A stretch of 45,904 nucleotides of DNA from contig NC_057752.1 in NCBI RefSeq assembly GCF_004010195.1, positions 271,241-317,144 on the forward strand, read 5' to 3'. The translations under genes and the position numbers were made by a program. The DNA comes from Chiloscyllium plagiosum. Its lineage: Eukaryota. The notes under the pieces are model-generated. The model did not search any database and was not told the DNA's origin. It saw only the letters and a program-made list of their open reading frames with translations. This document shows positions 1 through 12,229 of this stretch, piece after piece (the stretch's first letter is position 1; each line of letters begins with the position of its first letter).

Positions 1-163
1 TGAAGCATACAATCAAGCTGTGGATCTGAAGAATTCCCTCGAAGTAAGGTATCAAAAGGCTGCCTTTACCTATGAAACCATATCATACCATCAGGTTGGG
101 GCTTGAAGGGAAACATACATTGGGGTATCCAGCAGCAACTTTCACATTATAATTTCCACCTAC

Positions 164-319
164 CTGCTGAAGGTCACTGCTAAACTTCTCTAAGGCCTTC
201 TTACAATTTGTAAATGAGTATCCTGTCTTCTTCCGGAGTTTCAGGAGGAGTTCTTTATCAGCTGCCATTAATCTAACCCCAGAACAGTGCAGAAACTGGG
301 TTGACCGTGCAGAAAAGAC
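164..319 (-). CDS. TSFM: TSFM coding exon 2 (mitochondrial elongation factor Ts; end of transit peptide and N-terminal UBA-like domain)
   Basis: 156 nt, phase 0/0, with acceptor ttttgttag and donor CAG|gtaggt. Translates [52 protein letters not shown], matching the vertebrate EF-Tsmt segment [23 protein letters not shown]. Confidence 0.96.
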
Positions 320-784
320 CTAACAAAAGCAAACAGAACTCTTACAGAACTTTGTAACACAATCTACACGTTGACACATTAGTTCCACAATGTTGCTTTA
401 CTAAGATTCTATCAAAAGGTCACAATGCTATCTCCCTTGATGTGCAAGGGTTGCTCCAATCCAATACTTTGTGATGGAGGAATACAGTTTCTGTGTTTGC
501 TCCTCATCATATAGCAAGCCTGTCAGTTCAGTCACATTACAGTGGGCAGCTATCATGGGAGGCCAGGCATTTCACCACAAGGAGAAATAACTTGCAAGGG
601 CAATGGTTGTGTTCCAAAGAATGGAATTTAAATGGGGCCCTTTCACCTATATGGGAGCTGGAAGGCTCCATGTGATCGGTAGCTTGTTCTTGGTTTTTTA
701 TTAAATGGAAGAGGGGAAAAAAAAGGAAAAGAACTGAGTCCTAGCTGTCAAAATCCCATAGTCAGGCAGGCTGCAAATTTAGGA

Positions 785-913
785 GGCGAAAGTGAGTACT
801 GCAAATGCTGGAGCTTAGAGTCAACAGTATGGTGCTGGAAAAGCACAGCAGGTCAGGCAGCATCCGAGTAGCAGGAAAATCAATGTTTTGGGCAAAAGCC
901 CCTAATCAGGAAT
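785..913 (-). mobile_element. Solo Penelope-like terminal repeat with a decayed hammerhead motif
   Basis: Same sequence as the terminus attached to the GIY-YIG region at 23709-23840. The minus strand reads CTGATTA-G-GGGC-TTTT-GCCC-AAAAC. Confidence 0.8.
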
Positions 914-1422
914 GAGAAATCTAGGTCACAACCGATCAGCATGGGAGTAAAGCTATATCATAGCTATGAGTTTTAGAATGTGCACACATTTCCTTGTCGG
1001 CATTTGGATTTACTTGAAAACCACCCACCCCCCCCAGACACACCACAATTTGCTGACTTCTTGTAATCACTGTGAAATTCAGTACTGTACAGGTATATAG
1101 CCCTACATAAACCCATAAATGCATTTTGACAGGAGTTTCATGGTCATTTTACACCCTTCCTGAAACTGAGTGACCCAAATGGGTCTTTTCAATTTCTTAT
1201 TATAATGTATGATTGGAAAGTCATAAGCACCCCCCCCAGTTCACTGGCACATTATTATATTTTTAATAGATAGTAATTAATACATAATTAGGGGCAAGAG
1301 GGAAACTTGGCTGTTCAAGTGTATTGACAGACTATCCAAATTTTAGAGGTTAAAAACCTAACCTGACAGTGAACTGTAGATCCTGAAAACCGACAGACTA
1401 AATAAAATTTTATTTGAAGTAT

Positions 1423-2620
1423 TTATGACTTTGAGGTCAGTGCGGGAAATGGGTCAGACACATTTGAGGGTTGTGCCACAGTGGTGGGGACTTCTTGGTT
1501 GAAGATGAACATTTCTGAGAGCCTCTTGCAGAAGGTTGCATTATCAAAATAGATGAAATGGAGACAAAGAAACTGGGAGAATAGAATGGAGTCTTTATAG
1601 GAAGTGGGGTGTGAGCATATACAGTTAAGGTAACTGTGGGAATCAGTGGGTTTGTAGTGGATATTGGTGGCCAGCCTATCCCCAGAAATGGGAACAGAGA
1701 TATCAAGGAAGGAAAGGACAGAGTCAGAAATGAACCAGGTGAAGATGAGAGCAAGGTGGAAATTGGAAGGAAAATTGATAAAATTTCCAATTCTGGGTAG
1801 GAGAGGGAAGCAGCACTGATTAATCAATGTACCGGGAAAGAATTGTACGGAGGGACCCAAGTAGGACTAGAACAAGGAATGTTCCATGTAACCTACAAAG
1901 AGGGGCATGTGCAGGTTCCCATGGCCACACCTTTGATTTGAGGAAAGTGAGAGGAGTTAAAGGAAAAGTTGTTCAAAGTCAGGACGAGCTCAGCCAGGCG
2001 GAGGAGGGTGATAGTGAATGAGGATGGTTCAGGCCTAATTTTTAAAAATTTGTTCATGCGATGTGGGCATTGCTGGCTAGACCAGTATTTATTGTCCATC
2101 CCTAATTGACCAGAGGCCAGTCAAGCATCAACCACACTGCTGTGGCACATGTAGACCAGACCAGGTAATGATAGCAGTTTCCTTGCCGAAAGGACATGAG
2201 TGAACCAGATGGGTTTTTCTGATAATTGACAATGGTTTTGTGGTCATCATTAGACTGTTAATTCCGGATTTTTATTGAATTCAAACTTCACCATGTACTG
2301 TGGTAGGATTTGAACTCTGGTCCTCTGTTACCTAGGTTTCTGAATTAATAGTTTAACGTTAATACCATGAGGCCAGTGCCTCACCCTTGAGAAAGAGACA
2401 GATAACCCTCAGACCATCCTGATGGGGGACGGATGTGTAGAGGGATTGCATGTCCATGGTGAAGAGGAGGTGGCAGGTGCTAGAAAACTGGAAATTCTGA
2501 AACTGACCATAAGATGTCAGAAGAATCACGAAGTAAGTGGAAAGCAATTGGACAAGGGGAGAGAAAATAGAGTTAAGGTTGAAAGAAAATAATAATCTCA
2601 GGATTGCTACTGGTGCCACC
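1423..2620 (-). mobile_element. Degenerate Penelope-like RT fragment, interrupted by a SINE
   Basis: Broken frames LFTMDMQSLYTSVPHQDGL, LAELVLTLNNFSFNSSHFPQIKGVAMGT and FLDISV...NIHYKPTDSHSYL are PLE-type RT and thumb motifs. Confidence 0.85.
2038..2385 (-). mobile_element. tRNA-derived SINE whose 3' tail resembles the LINE at 6205-7722
   Basis: The minus strand starts with an A-box-like ggcctcatggta and a B-box-like gagttcaaatcc, and ends caattagggatggacaataaatactgg...A-rich. Related copies at about 38875-39080 (+), 44330-44500 (+) and 44545-44880 (-). Confidence 0.75.
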
Positions 2621-2631
2621 GGCTAGTAAAT

Positions 2632-4488
2632 TGAGAGCCAGAAGGGGGCATGAAAAAGCCATAGCAGGTAGGATTAAGGAAAACCCTAAGGCATTCTACA
2701 CTTACGTGAGGAACAAGAGGATGGTCAGAGTGAGGGATAGGGCCAATCAGGGATAATGGAGGGAACTTGCACCTGGAGTTGGAGGTGGTGGGGGAATGAA
2801 TGAATACTTTGCTTCAGTATTCACTACTGAGAGGGACCTTGTCGTTTATGAGGACAGCGTGAAACAGACTGATATGCTCGAACAGGTTGATCTTGAGGAG
2901 GAGGATGTGCTGAAAATTTTGAAAAACATAAGGATGGATAAACCCCCTAGGCCAGATGGGATATACCCAAGGTTACTACAGGAAGTGAGGGAAGAGATTG
3001 CTGTGCCTTTGGCGATGACCTTTGTGTCCTCAATCTCCGCTGGAGTAGTACCAGATGACTGGAGGGTGGCAAATGTTATTCCCTTGTTCAAGAAAGGGAA
3101 TAGAGATAATCCTGGAAATAACAAACCAGTCAGTCTTACATCTATGGTGGGCAAATTATTGGAGAGGGTTCTGAGAGACAGGATTTACGATAAACTATGG
3201 TTTTCCAAGTTATTAGAGATAAAAGGAACAGGAGAATCGACGTTTCGGGCATAAGCCCTTCTTATGCCCGAAACGTCGATTCTCCTGTTCCTTGGATGCT
3301 GCCTGACCTGCTGCGCTTTTCCAGCAACACATTTTCAGCTCTGATCTCCAGCATCTGCAGTCCTCACTTTCCCCTTTATTAGAGATAGTCAGCATGGCTT
3401 TGTGAGGGGCAGGTCATGCCTCACAAGCCTTATTGAATTCTTTGAGGATGTGACAAAACATATTGATGAAGGTAGAGCAGTGGAATGTGGTGTACATGGA
3501 TTTTAGCAAGGCATTTGATAAGGTTCCCCATAGTGGACTCATTCAGAAGGAAAAGAGACATGGGATTACAGGGAAATTTGGCTGTTTGGATACTGAATTA
3601 GCTGGCTCACAGAAGACAGAGGGTGGTAGTAGATGGAAAGTATTCAGCCTGGAGCTCGTTGACTAGTGGTGTTCTGCAGGGATCTGTTCAGGAACCTCTG
3701 CTCTTTGTGATTTTTATAAATGACTTGGATCAGGAAGTGGAACAGTGGGTTTGTAAGTTTGCCAATGACATGAAGGTTGGAGAAGTGGTGGATAGTGTGG
3801 AGGGCTGTTTTAGATTACAACAGGACATTAACAGGATGCAGAACTGAGCTGATAAGTGGCAGATGGAGTTCAAACTGGAAAAGTGTGAAGAGATTCATTT
3901 TGGAAGGTCGAATTTGAATGCAGAATACAGGGTTAAAGGCAGTATTCTTGGCGGTGTGGAGGAACAGAGGGATCTTGGGGTCCATGTCCATTGATCCCTC
4001 AAAGTTGCCACCCAAGTTGATAGGGTTGTTAAGAAGGCATATTTTCATTAGCAGGGGGATTGAGTTTAAGAGCTGCGAGGATATGCTGCAGGTCTCTAGA
4101 GTCCTGGTTAGACCACACTTGGAATATTGTGTTCAGTTCTGGTTGCCTCATTATAGGAAAGATGTGGAAGCTTTAGAGAGGGTACAGAGGAGATTTACCA
4201 GGATGCTGCCTGGATTGGAGGGCATGTCTTATGAATAAAGGTTGAGAGCGCTGGGGCTTTTCTCATTGGAACGAAGGTGACTTGATGGAGGTCTATAAGA
4301 TGATGACAGGGTGAATAGCCAGAGAATTTTTCCCAGGGCAGAAATGGCTATCACAAAGGTGCATAATTTTAAGGTGACTGGAGGAAGGTTATGGGGAGAT
4401 GTCAGAGGTAGATTCTTCAAACTGGAGTGTGGTGGGTGCATGGAATGCACTGCCAGCGATAGCAGTAGTGTTAGATACATTAGGGACA
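2632..4488 (+). mobile_element. CR1 LINE ORF2 fragment (inactive) in TSFM intron 1
   Basis: Frameshifted RT segments NEYFASVFT, WRVANVIPLFKKG, YMDFSKAFDKVPH and [13 protein letters not shown]. Confidence 0.93.
3222..3375 (+). mobile_element. Fold-back Penelope-terminus insert within CR1, with a 12-bp TSD
   Basis: TSD ttattagagata at 3210-3221 and 3376-3387. Perfect 33-bp inverted repeat 3223-3255 / 3261-3293. Confidence 0.9.
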
Positions 4489-4933
4489 ATGAGTCCCATC
4501 CCCCTATTCTCCCAATAAAAGCCCTGCAATTTCCTCCTTTGTAGATCCAATTCTATTTTTAAAGTTACAACTGAAACCAGCTGCCCTTGTCTGGTAGATT
4601 ATTCAAGTTATAATTGTTGTTAATTTTCTAATCCTATTGGATTTTTTATTGTTAATTATCTGACTATTCTACCATCTTCTATTTTTATGTCGAAATAATA
4701 AAGTGTATATCTAAATGATACAAACAAAATTTCAGTGGTCAGAGGTTAGTTGTACATGCTGCTCATATTCAAATATCATGCTGTGAAGGTTCAACCTAAC
4801 TTGCTGGTCGAGAGTGAGCTGGCTTCCAGCAAATTAGTTACCTCGCACAGCCTGCGGCCTTCGAAAGATTATCCATCGATACTTTAAAACGCGAAAAACT
4901 TATCAAGATCAGAATCATAAGGATTTGCTTTAC

Positions 4934-4981
4934 CTTGGAAATATCGATCCGAATGCTCCGCAGAACAGAGAAGGCGGCCAT
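4934..4981 (-). CDS. TSFM: TSFM coding exon 1 (start of mitochondrial targeting peptide)
   Basis: Strong Kozak context agcaccATGG. Encodes MAAFSVLRSIRIDISK, followed by a phase-0 donor AAG|gtaaag that joins exon 2 in frame. Lies in locally CpG-containing unique sequence. Confidence 0.88.
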
Positions 4982-5270
4982 GGTGCTGTGCATTCTGAGA
5001 GGGGCAACGCTACAGACAAAGTGTTACCATACCATTCAGCGGAAAGCCCACACGAGCTAACTACAACAGCGCCTGTTCAGAGGAATCAAGCAAGAAAAGG
5101 TTGCTCTGCAGCTGAAAGTTTCGGTTGGCGCCTACTGGTGGCTGAAGTAGGAGACGATGATACACTAGATTTATTGTCTGCCCAACTGCTCAAGGAATAT
5201 TTTTGAAAAGCAGAAACATTATTTAACTGAATGCACGATTCATGTTTCCAAATTAGACCGGGGGTGGAGT
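4982..5270 (-). promoter_or_regulatory. TSFM 5'UTR and proximal promoter, with a CTCF-like site at 5128-5146
   Basis: Unique sequence with retained CpGs directly upstream of the ATG. The minus strand reads GCCACCAGTAGGCGC, close to the CTCF core CCACCAGGGGGCGC. Confidence 0.6.
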
Positions 5271-5531
5271 CATAGAAAGTAGAGCAGGAGTAAGCTGTAC
5301 AGCCCTTCCACCCTGTTTCGCCTTTTATTATGCTCGTGGCTGATCCTCTACCTCAATAGCCTTTTCCAATTTCCCCCCATATCCTTTGATCAGTTTAACC
5401 TTAGTGCTGAATCCAACTCCTTAAAATCACGTTTTGGTCTTGACTGCTTTCTAATGAAATTCCACACACTCTGGGTGAAGAAATTTCTCATCTCAGTTAT
5501 AGTTGGCCTACCCTGTATTCTTAGTCTGTGA

Positions 5532-5764
5532 GCTGAAAATGTGTTGCTGGAAAAGCGCATTAGGTCAGGCAGCATCCAAGGAGCAGGAGAATCGACGTTT
5601 TGGGCATGAGCCCTTCTTCAGGAAGTACTGAATTCCTGAAGAAGGGCTCATACTCGAAACGTCGATTCTCCTGCTCCTTGGATGGTGCCTGACCTGCTGC
5701 ACTTTTCCAGCAACACATTTTCAGCTCTGATCTCCAACATCTGCAGTCCTCACTTTCTCCTCCC
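5532..5764 (+). mobile_element. Fold-back Penelope-terminus insert with a 14-bp TSD and a hammerhead core on each strand
   Basis: TSD ttcttagtctgtga at 5518-5531 and 5765-5778. Arms of about 95 bp at 5530-5624 / 5633-5727, with 7 mismatches by eye. Confidence 0.9.
5631..5668 (+). ncRNA. Minimal type I hammerhead ribozyme motif (catalytic core intact, helices weakened)
   Basis: CUGAAGA-A-GGGC-UCAU-ACUC-GAAAC-GUC at 5636-5663. Stem II has a G-U pair and a C-A mismatch relative to sibling GGGC/GCCC. Helix III is reduced to palindromic ACGU. Confidence 0.7.
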
Positions 5765-6204
5765 TTCTTAGTCTGTGACCCTTGGTTCTGGATTCCTGCA
5801 TCATTAGGAACATCCTTTCTGCATCTACCCTGTTTAATCCTGTTAAAAATTTTATAGGTTCCTATGAGCTCGCCCAGCAGAGACATCAGCCCATAGTCTA
5901 GGCTGACACCTCCAGGTGATGTCTTTGTAGTTATGTTCCTGGAATTAAACAGTGCAAGCAGATATTTTGTATTTTATCCTGGCCAACATGTCTTCTTCAA
6001 CCAACACCACCAAAATTAATTGATTAACTGATCATGTATCCACTGTGAGAGCTTTCTGTGCATAAATTAGCTGTTGTGTGCTTGCATCAATTAGCTTTGA
6101 AAGAAGAAAATTGTAGGCAATAAAGTAATCTGTTACATATGATAACAATGTAAAAGAAGGCTCCCACTCCTATTTCTAACAATCCATGATAGACCAAATC
6201 TTCA

Positions 6205-7722
6205 ATCTTCAGCTAGAGATAGTTTATTCATCTTGGCCTCCTCCAGTGGGCCCCAACATTGCAGATACTAGTCGTTAAGCAATTTGATTCACTCCACATG
6301 ATATCAAGAAATGGATGGAGGGACTGGATACTGCAAGGGCTGTAGGCCCTGACAATAGTACTGAAGACTTGTGCTCCAGAATTTGTTACTCCCCTATCTA
6401 AGCTCTTCCAGTACAGTTACAACACTGGCATCTATCTGACAATGTGAAAAATTGCCCAGGTATGTCCTGTACACAAAAAGCAGACCAAATCCAACCCTGC
6501 CAATTATCACAACAACAGTCTACTCTCAATCATCAGTAAAGTCATGGAAGGTGTAATCAACAGTGCTATCAAGCACACCTGCTCAATAATGCCCAGTTTG
6601 GGGTCCTCCAGGGCCACTCCAAAAGAGCTGAATTCCAGAGGTGAGGGGAGAGTCACAGCCCTTGACACCAATGCTACATTTGACTGAGTGTGGCATCAAA
6701 TAGCCCGAGCAAAATTCAAATCAATGGATATCAGGGGTAACTCTCCACTGGTTGGAGTCATACTTGACATAGTTATACCTCATGGTAGTGTTCAAAACCC
6801 AACCACCTACACCTGCTTCATCAATGACTTCCCCTAAATCATAAGGTCAGAAGTGTGGATGTTCACCATGTTTGCACAACATTCAGCACTATTTGTGACT
6901 CCTCAGATATTGAAGTAGTCCATGTTCAAATGCAACAAATTCTGGACACTATCCAGCCTTGGAAATGATGAGTAGCAAGTAACACTTGCACTATGCAAAT
7001 ACCAGGCAATGACCATCACCAGTAAGAGACAATCTCATCACTGACCCTTTGCATTCAACAGTGTTAACATCAATGAATATCCTTGGGGTTACCATTAACC
7101 AGATACTTGACTTGCCACATAATCACTGTGACGACAAGAGCACATCAGAAGCTAGGAATGCTGTGGGTAATTCATCTCCTCACTCTCCAAAGCCTGTCCA
7201 CCATCAACAAGACACAAGAATACTCCCCACTTGCCTGGATGGGCACAGCTGTAACAACACTCAAGAAGCTAGACACTATCCAGGACAAAGCAGCCTGCTT
7301 GACTGGCACAACATTCATAAACATCCATTCCCTTCACTACTGATGCTCAGTAGCAGCAGTGTGCACTACCTACAAGATGCTCTGCAGAAATTCACCAAAG
7401 ATCCTTAGACAGTACTTCCCAAACAGACGACCACAGCTACCTAGAAGGACAAGGGCAGCAGATACATAGTAACACCACCACTTGCAAGTTTCCCTCCAAA
7501 CCACTCACCATTCTGACTTGGAAATATATTACTGTTCCTTCAGTGTTGCTGGGTCAAAAACCTGTAATTCCCCCCACTAAGGGCATTGTGGGTCAAACCA
7601 CAGATTGACTGCAGCAATTCAAGAAGGCAGCTCACCACCATCTTCTCAAGGGCAACTAGGAACTGGTAATAAAAATGTTGGCCAGCCAACTTTGCCCATG
7701 TCCCATAAGTGAATAAAAAAAA
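6205..7722 (+). mobile_element. Degenerate non-LTR retrotransposon, a second family (CR1/L2-group RT), 3' half
   Basis: Decayed RT segments (LKTCAPE, SNPANY, ALDTNATFD*VWH, EYSPLAW) and an A-rich 3' end. Further 3' fragments at about 40325-40660 (+) and 42655-43290 (-). Confidence 0.8.
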
Positions 7723-7842
7723 AGCAGGACTTCCTTGTTTGCGATTTTCTTGTGATCAATTTGGAATTTAGTCACACAAATCAGGGTCTCATGATCAAAT
7801 CCTGGGCTTGATCATGAGACCCTGATGGATTAGCTATTCTTG

Positions 7843-10448
7843 GAGAGGATTGGCAAAATGATTCTGGGTAGGAGTGAAAGGAACAGGATGGTCCTTATGG
7901 GGGACTTTAACTTCTCCAACATTGACTGGAAATGCTATAACTCTAGTAGGCAAACTAGTAGGAAGAGAGTTAGCAGTAAGAAATGAAGTCATGTTGAATA
8001 TTTCACAGAGGACAGTATTTCACACATACACTGGGAATTTTTTTTTATAGATCTCTGCAAAGTTCTAGGGATGTGGAAGAGAAGATTGGCAAAATAATTC
8101 TGGGCAGGAGTGAAAGGAACAGGGTGGTCATTACGGGGGGACTTTAACTTCCCCAACACTGACTGGAAATGCCATAACTCGAGTACGTTGGATGGATCAG
8201 TTTTTGTCCAATGTGTGCTGAAGGGTTTCCTGACACAGTATGTCAAAGGGTCGACAAGAGGGAAGGCCACACTGGATCTGGTACTTGGTAATGAACCAGG
8301 CCAGATGTTTGATTTAATGATAGGGGAGCACTTTGGAGAGAGTGATCATAATTCAGTTATGTTTAGTTTAGCAATGGAAAAGGATAGGTACATGCCACAG
8401 GGCAAGAGTTATAGATGGGTGAAGGGCAATTAAAATGCGATTAGGCAAGACTTAGGAGGCACAGAATGGGGTAGCAAAATGCAGGGGATGGGGAATAAAT
8501 GAAATGTGGGGCTGGTTTAAGGAACAGGTATTGCGTGTCCTTGATAGGTACGTCCCTGTCAGGCAGGGAGGAAGTGATAAGGTGAGGGAACCGTGGTTTA
8601 CTAAAGGTATGTCTTGTTAAGCGGAAGGAGGTTTATGTGACATTGAGATGAGATAGTTCAGATGAGGTGATGGAGAGTTACAGATTAGCTGGGAAGGATT
8701 TAAGGAGAGAGTTAAGAAGAGCGAGGAGACATGAGCAGTCTTTAGCAAGTAGAATAAAGGAGAACCCTAAAGCTTTCTACAGGTATGTGAGGAATAAAAG
8801 GATGACTAGGGTAGGAATAGGGCCAGTCAAAGACAGAAGTGGGAAGTTGTGTGTGGACCCTGTGGAGATCGGAGATGTGCTAAATGAATATTTCTCATCG
8901 CTTTTCACTCAGGAAAAGGAGAATATTGTAGAGGTGAAGGATGAGATACGAGATATTAGACTAGAAAGAATCGAGGTTAGTAAGGAAGAGGTGTTATCAA
9001 TTCTAGAAGGAAAGAAAGTAGACAAGTCCCCGGGCCGATAGGATTTATCCAAGGCTTCTCTGGGAAGCTAGGGAGGAGTTGGTGGAGCCTTTGGCTTTGA
9101 TCTTTGAGTCATCATTGTCTACAGGTTTAGTACGAGAGGACTGGAGGATTGCAAATGTGGTGCCCTTGTTCAAGAATGGCAATAGAGATGACCCAGGTAA
9201 TTCTAGACCAGTGAGCCTTATGTCTGTTGTAGGAAAAGTTTTGTAAAGGGTTATGATAGGATTAATAATCATCTATCTAGCAACAATTTGACTTCACATA
9301 GTCAACATGGTTTCGTCAAGGGCAGGTCATGTTTCACAAACTTAATTGAGTTTTTTGAGAAGGTGACCAAGCATATGGGTGAGGGTAGGGAAGTTGACGT
9401 CGTGTACATGGACTTCAGTAAAGCCTTTGATAAGGTTCCACATGGTAGGCTGTTGGAGAAAATGCAGAGGCATGGTATTGAGGGTGATTTAGCAGTTTGG
9501 ATTAGAAACTGGCATAAATAACTTAGACGCAGGCATAGATGAATGGGTTAGTAAGTTTGCAGATGACACTAAAGTCGGTGGAGTAGGGGAGTGTGGAAGG
9601 ATGTTGCAGTTTGCAGGGGGACTTGGATAAACTGCAGAATTGGGCTAAGAGGTGGCAAATGGAGTTCAATGCAGCTAAATGTGAGGTGATTCATTTTGGG
9701 AAGAATAACAGGAAGGCAGAATATTGGGTCAATGGAAAGATTCTTGGTAGTATGGATGTGCAGAGGACCTTGGAGTCCATGTACATAGATCCCTGAAAGT
9801 TGCCACCCAGGTGGATAGTGCTGTTAAGAAGGCATACGGCGTGTTAGGTTTTATTGGTAGAGGGATTGCATTCCAAAGCCATAATGTTACGCTGCAACTA
9901 TACAAAATGCTAGTGCGGCTGCACTTGGAATATTGTGTACCGTTCTGGTCCCACTATTACAGGAAGGATGTGGAAGCATTGGAAAAGGTGCAGAGGAGAT
10001 TTACTAGGATGTTGCCTGGTCTGGACGGAAGGTCTTATGAGGAAAGGCGGAGAGACTTGGGTTTGTTCTCATTGGAGAGAAGAAAGCTAAGAGGGGATTT
10101 GATAGAGACATACAAGATGATCAGAGGATTAGATAGGGTAGGCAGTGAAATTCTTTTTCCTAGGATGATGATGTCAACTTGTACAAGGGGACATAACTAC
10201 AAATCGAGGGGTGATAGATTTAAGACAAATGTCAGAGGCAGGTTCTTTACTCAGAGAGTGGTAAGGGCATGGAATATCCTGCCTGCCAATGTAGTTAACT
10301 CAGCCATATTAGGGCGATTAAAACAATCCTTGGATAAGCACATGGATGATGATAGGATAGTGTAGGGCGATGAGCTTAGATTAGTTCACAGGTCGGCACA
10401 ACATCAAGGGCCAAAGGACCTGTTCTGCACTGTATTGTTCTATGTTCT
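7843..10448 (+). mobile_element. CR1 LINE ORF2, 5'-truncated and inactive, preceded by a short paralogous fragment (7843-7950)
   Basis: GDFNFP and SDHN (APE), SQHGFVKGRSC and FADDTK (RT), RFFTQRVV. Ends with a ttctatgttct tail. Confidence 0.95.
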
Positions 10449-12229
10449 TACCTAAGATAGAATAAGCTCTACAACTTTCCTCAGCACTTATTAACTAGAG
10501 AGGAAAGAAAAAAAAAATCAGTATAGGATGCCTTCTACAGTCGAATGGTCTGCCTCATCTCACACATGAATGAATATTTGGGCAAGGTATCAGAGGTTTT
10601 CTGGTATCTGTTGAACCTCACTTAGCAAGAGATATTACATTTATAGCAACAGTGACTATACTGCAAAAGTGCCTCTAAGTGAAACCCTTTGGGATATTCC
10701 AAGCATATGAAAGGTGCTGTAGAAATACATGTTTGTTCTTTCAATTTAACAAAATGACAACAAGATGTTTGAAATATTTTGTGTTTATGATTTTTTTTTG
10801 CTTTTTACAGACTAAAAATACTGAACAAGTTTCAAAGCATAACTGGTTGGAGGTGTTTTTCTTTGGCCATTGCAATACATTTTCTTGGTTCGGGAGTTAA
10901 AGCAAAAATAATACAAAATCGTTAACATACAGAAACTTGGTAACTGCATCTACACAAAATGCTGATACACAGTACAGAGAAAAAGGTATAGTTAACTTGG
11001 AGGCACTTTGATATTCTGTTCATTTTTGAGGAACTATTTATGTTCAAGAAACAGCCCTGAAAACAATTTCCATAAACATGATCATAAATATAATTATTTT
11101 TGGCAAGTGTTAGTTGGATAGCACTGCATCACAAAGTTGGTCTTTCAACTAACTTTGTTTAAATCCAGCACAGAATGGTGGAAGCAATCCTTCCAACTGA
11201 CTTTTGTGAAACGATATTGTGGATCCAGTGAAAGCCGACAGTGTAAATTACATTGTAAAACTGAGAAAAAGTCAGGCTAGTGGATTAAGGATGCTTGCGT
11301 GAAGCATGATTTAAGGCACAGTATTGAAAGGCATGCAAAGTCAACATCAGACAGTTCATCGATTCTCTGAAGGTGAGCTGCCAGTGAAGATCCAAGGCTC
11401 AGAGCATGTTTTGGATAAAGATCAACCATTTAATACAAGTATGGAAAATATTCTCTTCTCCGGCATTGACATTCCTCACTGCAGCATAATTTCAATGTAC
11501 ATAATTTTGTTGTTTTCTGCATCCAAAATATATCTTCCTTCGATTAGAAAGATGGTAATGTACATAATTATTATCAATGTTAGCTCTCAGATTGTTCTGA
11601 GAGTTTTCCAGGGAGTTCCTATTTTTACAATCTCAAGGTTACAACTTTACTTAAATGTTAAATACATAAAAAGAAATGTTCATACAGAGTCATCCTTGGC
11701 AGCAATGGAGATTTTGGGGGTGTGTAGTGGTGGGAGAGAATGGGAGATGTCAGAGGAGTACAGCTTCGGGCTTCATTCTGATCTCCACCCCTTTATCAAA
11801 CCACCTGCTGTGCTTTTCCACAATATACTCTCGACACCTGAGCTATGCTATCCACATATTAATGCTGCCTACTTCTTTGAGGTTTTAGAGGGCATGCCTT
11901 CCACCTAATCTCCCAAACTGGCACCCGCACTACAGGCAGAGAAGTGAGTTTTATGTTGATATATTTTGTGTACTACCAGCATTAGTCTCTGCTGAAGTGC
12001 AACTGTGAGAGATAACTGAATAACTGGCAGCAAGCAGACAATACTGAAAAATGTTGTTTCAGCCATCCGTGTTCATTCAGTTGGCCTTGTCACTCCACAA
12101 ATTCACTCTCTCAGTAATGTCTTACTGTTTAAATTAAACCATGATGTTTGTTAAAAAAACAAACACACATCTGACTACTCATTGAGTTATTACAGCAAGG
12201 TTCTCAGCCAAAGAGGCAGTTACAACACT

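Larger units (their letters stand above)
5270..5875 (-). mobile_element. CR1 3' fragment, interrupted by a PLE-terminus insert
   Basis: RNFFTQSVWN motif and CR1 3'UTR on the minus strand. The sequence resumes after the TSD at 5765. Confidence 0.85.

Noticed and set aside
11324..11908. 194-aa plus-strand ORF, the longest outside repeats
   Set aside because: TTG start, no recognisable domain and AT-rich UTR-like composition. It lies antisense to the probable EEF1AKMT3 3'UTR.
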